From positions 70,928,001 through 70,992,000 of the forward strand of contig OX597828.1 in the NCBI GenBank assembly GCA_951406725.2: 64,000 nt of DNA. Direction: 5' to 3'. Source of the stretch: Octopus vulgaris (Eukaryota). Shown in pieces: positions 13,977-27,237 of this stretch. Position 1 is the stretch's first letter. Each line of letters begins with the position of its first letter. The notes under the pieces were generated by a model, which saw nothing but the letters and a program-made list of their open reading frames with translations, did no database searches and was not told where the DNA came from. The position numbers and the translations under genes are program-made.

Positions 13977-14388
13977 CCTCACTCCATTTTCTCTCTCTTT
14001 TTCTCTCTCTTTCTCTCTCTCCTTCTCTCTCCTCTCTCACCCTCTCTTCATTAATTTATCACTCTCTCTCTCTCTCTCTCTGACTTTCTCTTTTTCTTTT
14101 TATCTCTCTCCCCTCTCTCTTTTCTCTCTCTTTCTTCATTAATTTATCAACCTCTCTCCCTCTCTCTCTCCGTCTTCATATCTTCATTAATTTATCTCTC
14201 TATCTCTCTGCCTCTTTCCCTCTCCTTTTACCTCTCTCCTCTCTTTCTCCTTCTCTCTCCTCTCTCTCTCTTTCTCTCTCCCTTCTCTCCTTCTTTCTCT
14301 CTCTTCCTTTATTAATTCATCCACCTCTCTCCCCCCCCTCTTTTCATATCTTCATTAATCTATCAACCTCTCTCTCTCCCCTCTACAG

Positions 14389-14629
14389 GGACCCAAATCA
14401 GCAAGTGACCCACAACAAAGGATCCATCGGATCACAAACCGTTACCCAAACACTCCATCATCTCCATTCTACGGTCCGAACAAGATTGCTCCGATGGCTC
14501 GTCTCATCATCAGCAAAGAGAAGGAAAAGTGCGGAGGGAAACACACGTTGAATGAAGGGGAGAATTCCCGGACGACTGAGGAACTGGTGGATCTCATGAA
14601 GAAGAAGATGGAGATGAAGAAGAAACTAG
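14389..14629 (+). CDS. SPON1: Spondin-1 exon (end of Spondin_N + Met/Lys-rich linker); absent from the ORF track
   Basis: Long CT tract + cag acceptor (14386-14388), gt donor at 14630. Encodes GPKSASDPQQRIHRITNRYPNTPSSPFYGPNKIAPMARLIISKEKEKCGGKHTLNEGENSRTTEELVDLMKKKMEMKKKL. Phase 0 to 1. Confidence 0.9.
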
Positions 14630-16866
14630 GTGTGTACTGGTGGTGGTGGTAGTGGTGGTGGTGGTGGTGATGGCGGTGGTGACAGCAGCGGCACTGGTGG
14701 CGGTGGCAGGGGGGAGCATTGAGGGTGGCAATGGCAGAGGTGGTGGTCGTCGTTGTGGTAGTGACAGCATAGGTGGGGGTGGTGGCAGGGAGATGCATTA
14801 GTGGTGACAGTGGCAGAGGTGGTGATGGTGGTGGTGGTGGTGGTGGTGGTGGTGGTGGAGGTGGTGGTGGTGGCGCGACAGCGGCATTGGTGATGGTGGC
14901 AGGGAGGGAGCATTGGTGGAAGTGGTGGTGGTGGTGGCTGTGGTAGTGGCAGGGGAAGTCATTGGTTGCAGCGGTGATGGTGGTGGTGGTGGTGGTGGTG
15001 GTGGTGTTGATGGTGAGGGTAATAATACTAGTGGTGATGGTGCTGGTGGTGCTGGTGGTAGTGGTGGTGGTGGTGGTGGGAGGTGGTATGAGGGTAGTAG
15101 TAGTAGTTGTGGTGTGTAAAGGATGTCTGTATTTGTTTATGCTATGAGTACAGTGAACATAAGAATATATACAGCCCTGTGTTCTCTATATGTTAGTGTA
15201 AATATATGTATGTGTGTGTATGTATGTGTGTATCTATGTGTGTATCTATGTATGTATGTGTGTATCTATGTGTGTATGAGTGTATGTATGTGTGTATCTA
15301 TGTGTGTATGAGTGTATGTATGTGTGTATGTATGTATGTATGTATGTATGTATGCATGCATGTATGTATGTATGGGTGTATGTGTGTATGTATGTATTAT
15401 GTATGTGTGTATGTATGTGTATATGTGTGTATGTATGTGTGTATGTATGTATGTATGTATGTATGTATGTATGTATGTATGTGTGTAATGTATGTATGTG
15501 TGTATGTATGGGCACAGAGACTTAATTTGTGTGTACAAATGAAGGAAAATATTCCTTACAGCATGCTGTTAAAGTTTAAGCATGCAATGAGTCTCAATTG
15601 GTGATCCAATCAGTTGTTACTCAAAGTTTCACATAATCAGACAATATTTGGTGAATAACGGCTGGTCGTGTTACTCCCCAGAACAGTAGCCATGCCAATT
15701 CTTATTGGCCAGAATGGGTCACATGTTTGAAAATGTTGCAAACAGAAAATACCTGGGCTGCTATGATATAAGAGAGGCTAACTAGTTTCAGTATGTGATC
15801 TTTGATAAGAGGTATTCTGAAATTTACTTCAGTAGATTTGGGGTTGTACAGAGATGATGGGTTAGTCATACTCACAAATGCCAACTGACAAGCATTCTTC
15901 ATGTTAAGGAAGAATGTCATCAACACATTCAGTATTTTCATATCTAAAATATCAATAGCTACAAATTTACTTACAGTTAACTTCCTTGATTTTATTCTAA
16001 TCACTAACTAGCATTAACCATTTAATAAATTGAATGGAAATCTTATATCAACACAAACCTATGTCACCCAACTATTTAAAAAACACTTTTTGATGACGTC
16101 AGTAGAGGTATTTCTGATTTGTCCTCATGTAAAGAGATGTATAATAAAGCAGCTGCTTACTACAATATCTTATTAGCCAGTGGATTTAAATATAGAATTA
16201 AGCAGACTCTTAATCCTTACTTTCCAAAAATGGTAAATGACACCAACTACTTTAAAAAAATCTAATCAAGAATATTGGTCAAAGGATGTCTAGTTTGTTC
16301 TTATGGAAGGAGACATTTGATAAAACATCTCCTTACTACAATAATGTCTTATTAATCAGTAAATTTTAGAATAAAGTTCCCTACTATCTTAAATACTTCC
16401 CTTGCCAAACTAATAAAAGATACCAAAACATTCTATGGTTACCATTTCCTTTCCCACTTAATGTCAAGTCTAATGTTGCTAAACAAGAAATAATTTTCCA
16501 TTTTTTCTCTTAAAATTCAGAGTCATACTCATAGGCATGGATGTGTGGTGAGACATTTGCTTCCCAACCACATGGTTCCTGGTTCAGTCCCACTGCATGG
16601 CACCTTGGGCAAGTGTCTTCTACTATAACCTCAGGTTGGCCAAAGCCTTGTGATTGAATTTGTTCCAGGCATTAAAAAAAAATACTGGGATCAATTTGAC
16701 TAAAATTCTTCAAGATGGTGCCCCAGCATGGCCACAGTCTAATGACTGAAACAATTAAAGAACAAAAAAATTAAAAGAACTTGACAAATGTATTTTACTT
16801 ATTGCTTTTTATCTTTTTGAATTGTTTTTTTTTAAACTTTTTATGCCTTGTTTGATTTTTTACCAG

Positions 16867-17358
16867 AAATGGAAAAATGTGCCGCCAACGAATGGAGTGA
16901 ATGGACGGCGTGTTCAGCCAGTTGTGGAATGGGTTCACATCAACGGAGACGTACTCTGAAAATGGCACATGTGTTGCCATCAATGTGTAAAACAAAGTTG
17001 ATTGAAACCAAGAAATGTTTCGAACTCGCCAATGGCTGCGACACTGGAATGGATAAAAAGAATGGTTTGAAATCTCCGAAGAAGAATAAAAAGCAGAATC
17101 TACGTCCTGGTAAAAAGCTGCCATTGAATTATGAATTCAGACACCAACAGAAGATGGATTTCAAAGACAAGTGTGCTGTGACACCTTGGTCACCATGGTC
17201 ACCATGTAGCGTGACATGTGGCAGTGGAATGAGGGAGAGGTGGAGAATATTCACATCAGTGGATGCCACACCAGAAAGATGCCGTGTACGGAGGATGGAG
17301 AGAGATTTCTGTCGAATACTTGACTGTCGGAAGGCTGAAATGATGAAAAACTGGACTT
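16867..17358 (+). CDS. SPON1: Spondin-1 exon with two thrombospondin type-1 repeats (TSR1, TSR2)
   Basis: cag acceptor (16864-16866), gtaag donor at 17359. Contains CAANEWSEWTACSASCGMG...RRR and CAVTPWSPWSPCSVTCGSGMRERWR. Phase 1 to 1. Confidence 0.95.
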
Positions 17359-18387
17359 GTAAGCCAACCACGTTCCTTTCTCACTTTTTCTTATCCTTTA
17401 TTTATTTTGCTGTGCCCAACCCACGCTAGAGTGGAAAACTGACGTTAAATGATGATGATAATGGTGATGATGTGCTACTGTAATTTTGTGATGGGGGCAG
17501 ATGCTATAACTTTCTTAAATGAACTTTAGGTTACTTAAAATATGTTTTGTAACATATTTCAACTGCTAAAAGGCAAATTCACTGCAGTTACCAAGGAGAA
17601 AAATTCTTTTATGGTAAAAATGTGTAAGAACACCATATCTGTCCAGTGTCGCCCCTGTTGGATTCCCAGACATCAAAATTTCTAGCTGTTTAACCATTAT
17701 CAGTATGAAATACCTAAGAGAGACAACTCTGGGTGGACCTTAGCAAAGCCATGGCTTTAACTACAATACAGTCAACAACATTGACTGATTTATTATGGTT
17801 CTTTCTTAAATGTTTTTTTTACAATCTTGCAGTGGGTTTGATGAGTGTACAAAGTTAGAGATACCAGCATTTACTCTTCCAACTGTTTGGATGTGAGGTA
17901 CATTACTGTGTATCATACCATGTGTTACTGGAATAAACCTTTGGGTTTAATGGGTGCATAGTTAACCCAGCACCCACCTTGCACTCCCAGCAGTGACAAA
18001 CTATACATCTGCTCTCATTGCCCAGTCATCAAGTAGCATTCTCTCTCTTTTCTTCCACCAAGAGAACATGTGTGTGTGCACATGCATGCATGCACGTGTG
18101 CATATGTGTGCGTGTGACAGTGTGCATGCATATATATATCGATATATCATATGTATGTATCGTATTAGGAAGTGGGTGTTCCAGAGTTGTGGCAAATGCA
18201 TTTATGGACTACAGGAATTCTTTATGCTGAAGAAAGATTCTGGTTAATTGATGTCAACCAGTAAGACATCTGTTAGTCAAGCAATATACAAATGTCAACA
18301 TTTGTATATCCATACAACCCACACATGTAAAAACAGATGTAAACACCTTATTTCAAAATGCATTTCATGTCATATTTATATACTCAC

Positions 18388-18444
<57 letters not shown>

Positions 18445-19188
18445 ATACATACACACACACACACATGCAGATAGGCTGACTCAATGGAACACTCACAAAT
18501 ACACATACAACATGCATACACTCATTGAGTCGCATATACACACACACACATGAGAATATATCAATGTACACTGATGTATACATATACATACACACATACA
18601 TACGCATAGATACAATATACATCATATATACACATACATATGTATGTACATATACAGATACATACTTTTATACTTATATCAATGCACATACACATACGCA
18701 TATACTGATAAACATATACATACATTCATACATATATGTAAACAAACTTACACACAGTAACAACACATGCACATAGATATACTTAGTGCACAGGCATATA
18801 CATACATTCACACATGAATATACACACTCATACATATACACATGCATGCATACATGCTTCCATACATACCTACAGCAATACACATATGTATACATAAACA
18901 CATACATGTATACTTAATTACATGCATACACAACACACACACACACACACACACAAGCACACGTACATGCATACACACACAACACACACACACACACACG
19001 TACATAAACACATACATATACAACACACGCACTCACATACACATGCACAAATGCATATGCAACACACAGGCAGACATACATGCATACACAAATACATACA
19101 TACGCAACATACCCGCATATGTACAGGCATACATGCCTAGGTTCATACCCACTACACACATACACACGCATACTTAAATGCATATATA

Positions 19189-19246
<58 letters not shown>

Positions 19247-19322
19247 ATACATATAAACAGAGCAACATATGGACAGAGTTCCACTGTAAATGCCAATTCT
19301 ATATATTTCTCTCCCCTCACAG

Positions 19323-19493
19323 CTGTGTGCTCCCAGCCCCCAGAAGATGGTCCCTGCAGGGGGTCGTTCCCACGGTGGTACTATGACCCAAACATGCGGA
19401 AGTGTATCCAGTTTAATTACGGTGGTTGCCGTGGTAACGAAAACAGATTCCAGTCTGAAGAAGCCTGTGTGAAATCTTGCATAGAACGCATGA
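19323..19493 (+). CDS. SPON1: Spondin-1 exon encoding a BPTI/Kunitz domain
   Basis: cag acceptor (19320-19322), gtgag donor at 19494. Encodes VCSQPPEDGPCRGSFPRWYYDPNMRKCIQFNYGGCRGNENRFQSEEACVKSC (6 Cys, FxYGGCxGNxNRF). Phase 1 to 1. Confidence 0.95.
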
Positions 19494-20029
19494 GTGAGTA
19501 TACATACATATATATATATATCTAAAAATAAGGGTGTCTGAGAGACACCACCATGCCGAAATAGCAGTCAAATCCCTGACTCTAAAAACCACGTTAAATG
19601 TTCATATCGCACCATGAGATAAGACAGAGGGACAAAATAGTCTAGCAAAAAGATATTACTGAATAATTCAAGATCCTGGATTTCTAGCTTTGCTTTAAAT
19701 AAGCTTTGCCGTCATCAGTTGAATATATCAGAACTCATAACTACAAATATATATATGCAGAACAAACGTCCATACATACACATATATGCACGTATGTACA
19801 AGGCCAGTTTAAATTGCCCGCCAAACACCTCATAAGCACGATATGGTCAAAATAAACAGCGCAGTGAATATAGTGACGACCACGTTTTGACCATATATAT
19901 ATATATATAAATATATATATATACATACATGCACGTTTATATTAATCTCTGTGGTGTTGTGTTGTGGCTTTCATTCATTTCTCTTGAATTATAAATATTT
20001 TTTTATTTCAGTTTCCCTCAGGTCACATT

Positions 20030-20099
<70 letters not shown>

Positions 20100-20131
20100 T
20101 ATACATATATATATATACATATATATATATA

Positions 20132-20878
20132 TCTCTATATATAAAAGGCAAGTTGTCTGTCTGTGTGTTTGTATGTCTGTCAGGTTGTACTCTCACCCTG
20201 ACCACGGCTTTCAACCGATTCTGATGAAACTTGACACACACATAGCCCAATGTCATAATTCAAACCTAAGGCAACGAAAATTTTGAAAAGTTCCCCCAGT
20301 TCTGAAAAAAATTGATAAATTCGACATGGAGTCTAGAATCTAAGCTTATCATATGCAACACATTTTCCGTTGTAATTTTCGCAACATGCAATCGATTTTC
20401 ACCAAACTCATGGTGAAGCTTAATGTTACCCTAAGGAACTTAATTCTGTCGTTAGTTTTCCATGCAATACCTTACCATCAGAAAAAATCGATAAAATCAT
20501 GCCATTTTGGGAAATCGAGTTCAAATTCAAGATGACATATTTTCAACAATATCTTTAACAAATTGGCAGGAATTTTTTTTTTTGAAATTCACAGCGAGCA
20601 TCATGTCTGCTCCAAGGAGCTATATGGCTTTTTTGATTCCAATAGGATACGTTATTACTGGAAAAAACCGCAGAACTGGGTTGAGTGTGCTAAACAAAAC
20701 CAGAAAATGCACTTTGAATGTCATAGATTTTCTTCATGCCTTGAATGCCTTAATGCCTTTTAGGCTTCATTTTACAAAATAACGGTTCAATGAGTACAAA
20801 AAAGGGTAAAAAGGTAAAGGGCATTGCTTATCGACAAAGTTTCTTACATACCTGGGCAACGCCGGGCTATGCTGCTAG
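20132..20878 (+). mobile_element. Non-autonomous Helitron
   Basis: 5' TC start after A; subterminal GC-rich hairpin CCTGGGCAACGCCGGG (20851-20866); CTAG end (20875-20878) followed by T; no TSD. Related copy at 48881-49263. Confidence 0.85.
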
Positions 20879-20941
<63 letters not shown>

Positions 20942-22989
20942 GTCCTTTTATTATTATTATTATTATTATTACAATAAATGGCAAATGTGCGTGTTTATGA
21001 ATTTGTTACTTTAACTGCTCCAAGACTATCCAACAGACTTTAATGAAACTTGACATGTGTAGGTGGGGGGGGCTTATGCCCGTGCGGTCACTTGTGCACT
21101 TGGAATTTCGTCATTGGTTTTTTGGTTCAATCCCACTGCATGTCACTTTGCACAAGTGTCTTCTACTACTGCTCTGGGCCAACGAAAGCCTTGTAAGTGG
21201 ATTTGGCTGTCAGAAACTGATGGTAGCTTATTGTGCTATAGATAGAGATAGATGGAGAGACAGAGGGGACAAAGATAGGACGATGGCTTAATCTGTCACC
21301 CAGTTTAATCTGTTACTTGATTACCTGTAGTTGAGTCTACTCTGTTGCAAGTACCTGGGAAAAGACAAAATTCCATCTTCCTTACGTTTATCCAATATCA
21401 TTTGTTTTAGAAGCTACCTGACTGTAATCAGGTCCACTGATGAGATCCCCTCACAAAGAAGATTAGGTCATTTTTTTTTATCAGGTAGCAGATCCTTGAC
21501 ATGGCTAGAACCGTATCTCAAAGACTTTCCCTTCCATTCAGGACTTGAAAATATTTCAGTCCCCAACAAATACTGAGAACATGTTTGGCATTACAGGGGC
21601 CAGTAGGCAGAAGGCCATAAGGTTGGTTCTGGAGGCAGACAGCAGAGGGTGCTTCAAGGTGGCTGTGGATCAATATATATGAGCCCTGGACGGAGCAATG
21701 CTTCCAGGGGTAGTGCTAACTGGACACAAGCTAGGACATGATCAAACCTGGTTGGGTTGCCAGAGCGAAGGTGCCTGATGTTGAAAGATCTGAAACCCCT
21801 AATGACCCCAGGAAACATCATTGATGAGGCATCCAGGTACATCACAGGGTGATGTATAAAAAAAACAATAGAGTCCTACTCCCACTTTTGGGGCCATACT
21901 GCTGCTATAGACACAAACATCAGGGTCTGCAACCAGAGAAAGGTATTTTAGTCACAAGCAAACATGTTCCAGCTTTGGGCCCACAAGCATGTTGTCTTCT
22001 CTCTGTCATTTCTATTACTACTATAATGGCCTCTGCTCCTTCGAACCAGCTGGTCTCATACTCTCTTCCACTCAGGCCCCGTTGATCTACTCATCTCTCC
22101 AACTCTGAGTTGAAAAGCCCATTACCAACCACTTTTTCCAATCCTTCCACTACAGTCCTTCCTCCCACAGGAATCTCTTTCCTTCTGATGTCTTTCCAGC
22201 AGGTGTTGACCTGCAGCAGTTTAAATGTTGATGGCATCAACCACATGGGGTCTCTGAGAGCCTACAATGGTCATGGGCTCTGCCCCTTCCTCCCTGACAC
22301 AGTAAGTGAAGCAGAAATGATGAGGGTGGTGGAGTGATGAGGGCAGTGATTGAGAATGAAGGTGGGGATGTAATATGATGACAAAGATGACATCATCACA
22401 GCTATCCTCCTTGACATCATCAGCATCATCATCATCACCATCGTCATCATCACCATCATCATCATCACCAGCATCATCATCACCATCATCATCATTACCA
22501 TCCTCATCATCACCATCATCATCATCACCATCACCATCATCATCACCATCGTCATCATTACCATCCTCATCACCATCATCATTACCATCATCATCGTCAT
22601 CATCACCATCATCATCATAACCATCATCATCATCAACATCAGAGCTTCACTTCAAAATATATTCTTCAAGTACACTGACAATGGGTCCAGTCTGAACTAT
22701 CAATCCGTTATGGGGAATTGTGAGAAGAATGCAAGTGGTCAGACATCATTGGCTTGTCCCTCCCCCCACACCAGCCACACCAGCCTCATCGCCACCACCA
22801 TCAGCACCACCACCACCACCACCACCACCCACTGACCTAGATCTCTAAAGATTTTACTAGAAAAACAGGTTCCATTATTTTTGTCATTTACTCTGTAGAA
22901 ACTAGAAAGTTGAATGTAAATTTGTTGAAATATCAGTCATATACGTTTGTTGTTTACTACTACTACTACTACTACTTCTACTACTACTA

Positions 22990-23021
<32 letters not shown>

Positions 23022-23046
23022 ACTGCTACTACTACTACTACTACTA

Positions 23047-23089
<43 letters not shown>

Positions 23090-23174
23090 CAATACTACTA
23101 CTACTACTACTACTACCAATACTACTACTACTACAACTGTTGCTGCTAATAATAACAATAATAATAATAATAAT

Positions 23175-23391
23175 AATCCTTTCAACCATTGGCACCAGGC
23201 CTGGAATTAGTGGGTAGAGGGATGGTCAATTACATTGACCACAGTACATGACTGGTACTCAATTTATCGACCCTGAAATGATGAAAGGTAAAGTCAACCT
23301 CAGCAGAATTTGAACTCAGAATGCTAAGATGGAGGAAATGCAGCTAAACATTTCACCCAGCATGTTAACGATTCTACCAGCTCACTGCCTC

Positions 23392-23434
<43 letters not shown>

Positions 23435-24208
23435 GTTTCACATTTTGACACAAGGCCAGCAATTTTGAAGAAGGAGGCTAGTTGATCATATTGACCAAAG
23501 TGTTCAACTGGTACTTATTTCATTGACCCCGAAAGGTTGAGTGACAAAGTCGAGCTCAGTAGAATTTGAACTCAGAACGTAAAGATTGATGAAATGCCAC
23601 CAAGCACTTCGCTCAGCATGCTAATGATTCTGCCAGCTTACCGATTTAACTCACTGCCTTAAGGATGATAATGATGGACTCCCTCATCAAAGATGACGTA
23701 TGAGCGCTCAGCTTTTGCCAATTGATCTGAACAAATGATTTGTTCATGCCACACATTAGCTCTCTCTCTCTCTCTCCATCAAATCAACATTACCTGAACA
23801 GGTGTACATTGTACCATGCGTCAGGTGATTGCAAAGTGATTGCAAAGCAATGTGAGATGAAGTGTTTTGCTCAAGAACACAGCACACCACCCAGCCTAGG
23901 AATTGAAACCATGATTTAGCGATCATCAGTGCAATACCCTAACCACTAAGTCATGCATGCTCATGATGACGATGACGATGATTATAATAATAATGGTTTC
24001 AAATTTTGCCACAAGGGCAGCAATTTTGGGGGAGTAGATGAGTCGATTATATTTGGCCCCCTGTATGCAACTGGTACTTATTTTATCAACCCCTGAAAGG
24101 ATGAAAGGCAAAGTCGACCTTGGCAGAATTTGAACTCAGAACATAGCAACAGGCAAAATACCGCTAAGTATTTCATCTTGCAGCTAACGAGTCTGCCACC
24201 TCATTGCC

Positions 24209-24273
<65 letters not shown>

Positions 24274-24495
24274 TATGATAATAAATGGTTTCAAATTTTT
24301 GCACAAGGCCAGCGGTTTTAAGATAGCAGAGAGATTAATAAATTACATCAACCCCTGTTCTTGATTAGTATTAATTTCATGATCCCCAGAAGGATGCAAG
24401 GCAAAGTTGACCTTGGTGGGATTTGAACTCAGAATGAAGAATGCGGAAAGTATTTGGTCCAAAATGCTAACAATTCTTCTTGCCTGCTGCTTTAA
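23175..24495 (-). mobile_element. Cluster of 4 family-A SINEs plus one family-D SINE, separated by (AAT)n
   Basis: Repeated GATGAAAGGCAAAGTCGACCT.GGC.GAATTTGAACTCAGAA blocks at about 23280, 23535, 24100 and 24395. Family-D sequence GTGTTTTGCTCAAGAACAC at about 23862. Confidence 0.8.
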
Positions 24496-24545
24496 TTCTT
24501 GAAATATGTTCTGAATAATCGAAATATTTTGTATTGCTATTTCAG

Positions 24546-24821
24546 AGTTGATAATGATGATGAAGGAGAAAGATATGGCAAACGTGAAGCAACAAATGAG
24601 GAAAATGAGGAAGAAATTGAAAAAAGCTCGTCGACATCGCCATGTGAATAACCGGGTCCACTGCATGGTGACCCCATGGTCGAATTGGTCAGCTTGTTCA
24701 GCCACATGTGGTAATGGAATCACCATGAAGAGTCGAATGATCAAAGTTAAACCAATGAATGGAGGAAGGAGATGTCCGAAAAGAATGGTGAAAAAGAAGA
24801 AATGTAAACTTGCCAGATGTT
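24546..24821 (+). CDS. SPON1: Spondin-1 exon: basic Met/Lys/Arg-rich linker + TSR3
   Basis: cag acceptor (24543-24545), gtgag donor at 24822. Encodes (K)LIMMMKEKDMANVKQQMRKMRKKLKKARRHRHVNNRVHCMVTPWSNWSACSATCGNG...PMNGGRRCP...C...C. Phase 1 to 1. Confidence 0.93.
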
Positions 24822-25850
24822 GTGAGTATTTTGGTGTTATTTTGACATAGGCTGGGGTGGTGTCATGTATGGGGTGCAGTGTGGGGTGGGTGATGGAGAG
24901 GTGTGAGTTTGGTGTGCAGAGTCGTATGGATTTGTGTCATGCTATAGGCCTGAGGTCTTGTGCAGTGAGACTAGTTCTGTTTTGGCAGGACTGTGGTGTT
25001 GTCTGGTGAGACTAGAGTTGTGCTGTTGTGTTAGTTGTAAACAAATGTTGCTATTGTATAAGCAGTGTCCATTGTATCTAGTCTTCTATGTAAACATGTC
25101 TGGCCATGTGGAGGATTTACTTTTGCTTGGAAACAGGTGAAGAGTTGGTGACAAGAAGGGCATCATCCAGCCACAGTAAAATCTGCTCCCATAAACTCTG
25201 CCCATCTCATGTAAGCATAGTAAATAAGGACGCTGAAAGTACCCAAAGACGATGTTACTGAGCATCCCACGGGTATGTGTAACCACGACGTAATCCTCAG
25301 GAGGAATCAGTGTAATTACAGCATATCATAAACATGTCCTTTAAACTACAGATGCATTATATGAAATGTATAATATTAACCATTTCGCATTCAGATTACT
25401 CTGCCAAATCTATGTTTATTTATTCTCATTTTGAATTAATCATACATTATCTCATAGCTTCAAGATTTCAATGATGAGTTTATCTATTGTTAGAATGACA
25501 TTGTAGGATAGGTGTGAAAGGCCAGGTTTGACTAATTTTAATATGGAACAGGTAAAATATTAAAGCAAGATAGAGCCAGTTTAAATACTAAACAGTGTTT
25601 AAACTGGCCCTATCTGTGTTTAATGGTTAGAGCATTCAGCTGGTATCAGAGGGGTACAGGTTCAACTCCCTGTAGCTGCCTGCTGGCAACTTTTTTCCAT
25701 CTTCTAAGGGTAAATACCCAGTCTTTCTCTGCTGTCTTCACAATTATACCACTTTCAAATTTTACTTTCTTGTTTGCAAAATACCAACACATTTGGTTCT
25801 TTCAAAGTTGGTTTATAAAATGTTCTCTCTAAAGAGTTAACATATATATC

Positions 25851-26068
25851 TATTTCTTTACTACCCACAAGGGGCTAAACACAGAGAGGACAGCCAAACA
25901 GATTAAGTCGATTATATCGACCCCAGTGTGTAACTGGTACTTATTTAACCGACCCCGGAAAGATGAAAGGCAAAGTCGACCTCGGCGGAATTTGAACTCA
26001 GAACCTAGCAGCAGACGAAATACTGCTAAGCATTTCGCCCAGCGTGCTAACGATTCTGCCAGCTTGCC
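25851..26068 (-). mobile_element. tRNA-derived SINE, family A, near full length
   Basis: Reverse complement of the 45075-45307 copy. Confidence 0.85.
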
Positions 26069-26191
26069 AAGTTAACATATATATCGTCACTGTGTATATT
26101 ATGCTGATGTATATATTCGGGTTTATTGAAACACAAAGTTGGTGTAAGAAGAACGGAATGTATATAATTTCTTCTATTTTGTTCTTTCCAG

Positions 26192-26376
26192 CAGTTGACT
26201 GTGAAATGTCTGAGTGGGGAGAGTGGAACACTTGTACTGGTGACTGTGATGCGATGGCTGGCATGCAGGTACGTAAACGAGACCGAGCTGTGAAACCAAG
26301 AAGAGGAGGCAAAAGTTGTCCATCAAAAACTGAAAAACGAAAGTGTAATGTCCTATCTTGCTCGTCTGACACATAT
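26192..26376 (+). CDS. SPON1: Spondin-1 exon: TSR4
   Basis: tttccag acceptor (NAGNAG: cagcag), gtaagt donor at 26377. Encodes (S)VDCEMSEWGEWNTCTGDCDAMAGMQVRKRDRAVKPRRGGKSCPSKTEKRKCNVLSCSSDTY. Phase 1 to 0. Confidence 0.93.
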
Positions 26377-26424
26377 GTAAGTATGATTTTGATACACATA
26401 CACATATACATACATATATATACA

Positions 26425-27120
26425 CAGGGTGTCCAGAAAGTTTTGCCCAATTTTTATTTTATTGTGCATTAACAGACATAATTGCTCGTATGGGAGTCAT
26501 GAGAATCTACATGTGGTATTGGAGAATCCACATGTGGCATTGGAGAATCCACATGTGGTATTGAAGAATCCACATGTGGTATTGGAGAATCCACTTGTGG
26601 TATTGGAGAATCCACATGTGGTATTGGAGAATCCACTTGTGGTATTGGAGAGTCCACTTGTGGCATTGGAGAATTCACATGTGGCATTGGAGAATCCACA
26701 TGTGGTATTGGAGAATCCACATGTGGCATTGGAGAAGGAAGTTAGCCTCCCAGGAGTAACTGTTTGGGCTGCGATTTCATGCAATGGGGTTATCTGCCCA
26801 TTCATCTTTGATGAGCCAGTCCCTGAAGAATGGTACCTCACATGCTTCAAACCTCTTTCTTTCCTCAAATGCAACAACAAAGAGACATTCGCTTCCAACA
26901 GGAAGGGGCTCCACCCCACTCTAAGCATTGTGTTTGTGAATGGCTTGACATCAATTTTAATGGCAGATGCACTGGACAATGTGGGCCAATCGAATGGCCC
27001 GTACGTTCACCCAATTTAACCCCTATGGATTTCTTCTTGTGGGGTGTTCTTAAAGACATGGTATACTAAAAGAAACCAAAAACCATTCCTGATCCTTGGC
27101 GAGTTATTAACAAGCAATGT
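26425..27120 (+). mobile_element. Internally deleted Tc1/mariner element, DD41D (rosa/VS-type) transposase remnant
   Basis: TIR-like start CAGGGTGTCCAGAAAG. Motifs INRHNC..S.ENPH, PGVTVWAAIS, FQQEGAPPH and WPVRSPNLTPMDFFLWGVLKDMVY. 41 residues lie between the FQQ(D>E) acidic residue and the PMD Asp. Right TIR not found. Confidence 0.85.
26501..26731 (+). repeat. 11 x 21-bp minisatellite GAGAATCCACATGTGGTATTG
   Basis: Head-to-tail units with 0-3 substitutions and no spacers; translates in frame as (ENPHVVL)11. Confidence 0.97.
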
Positions 27121-27189
27121 TAAGTGGTAAAAAATGTTACCATCTAGTAGTGTTACTACTTATATCTTGTTTAGAGATTTTAGGACTAG

Positions 27190-27237
<48 letters not shown>

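Noticed and set aside
21300-22350. Possible L1/Tx1-type LINE remnant
   Set aside because: Too decayed to show diagnostic motifs by eye; needs a profile search.
24547-24651. Alternative frame VDNDDEGERY-GKR-EATNEE... resembling an RY-amide neuropeptide precursor
   Set aside because: Out of phase with the upstream exon, no signal peptide, stops after 34 codons; expected by-product of shifting an AAG/ATG-rich frame.
26501-26731. CRISPR-like palindromic repeat array
   Set aside because: No unique spacers, eukaryotic context, and it lies within a transposase remnant.
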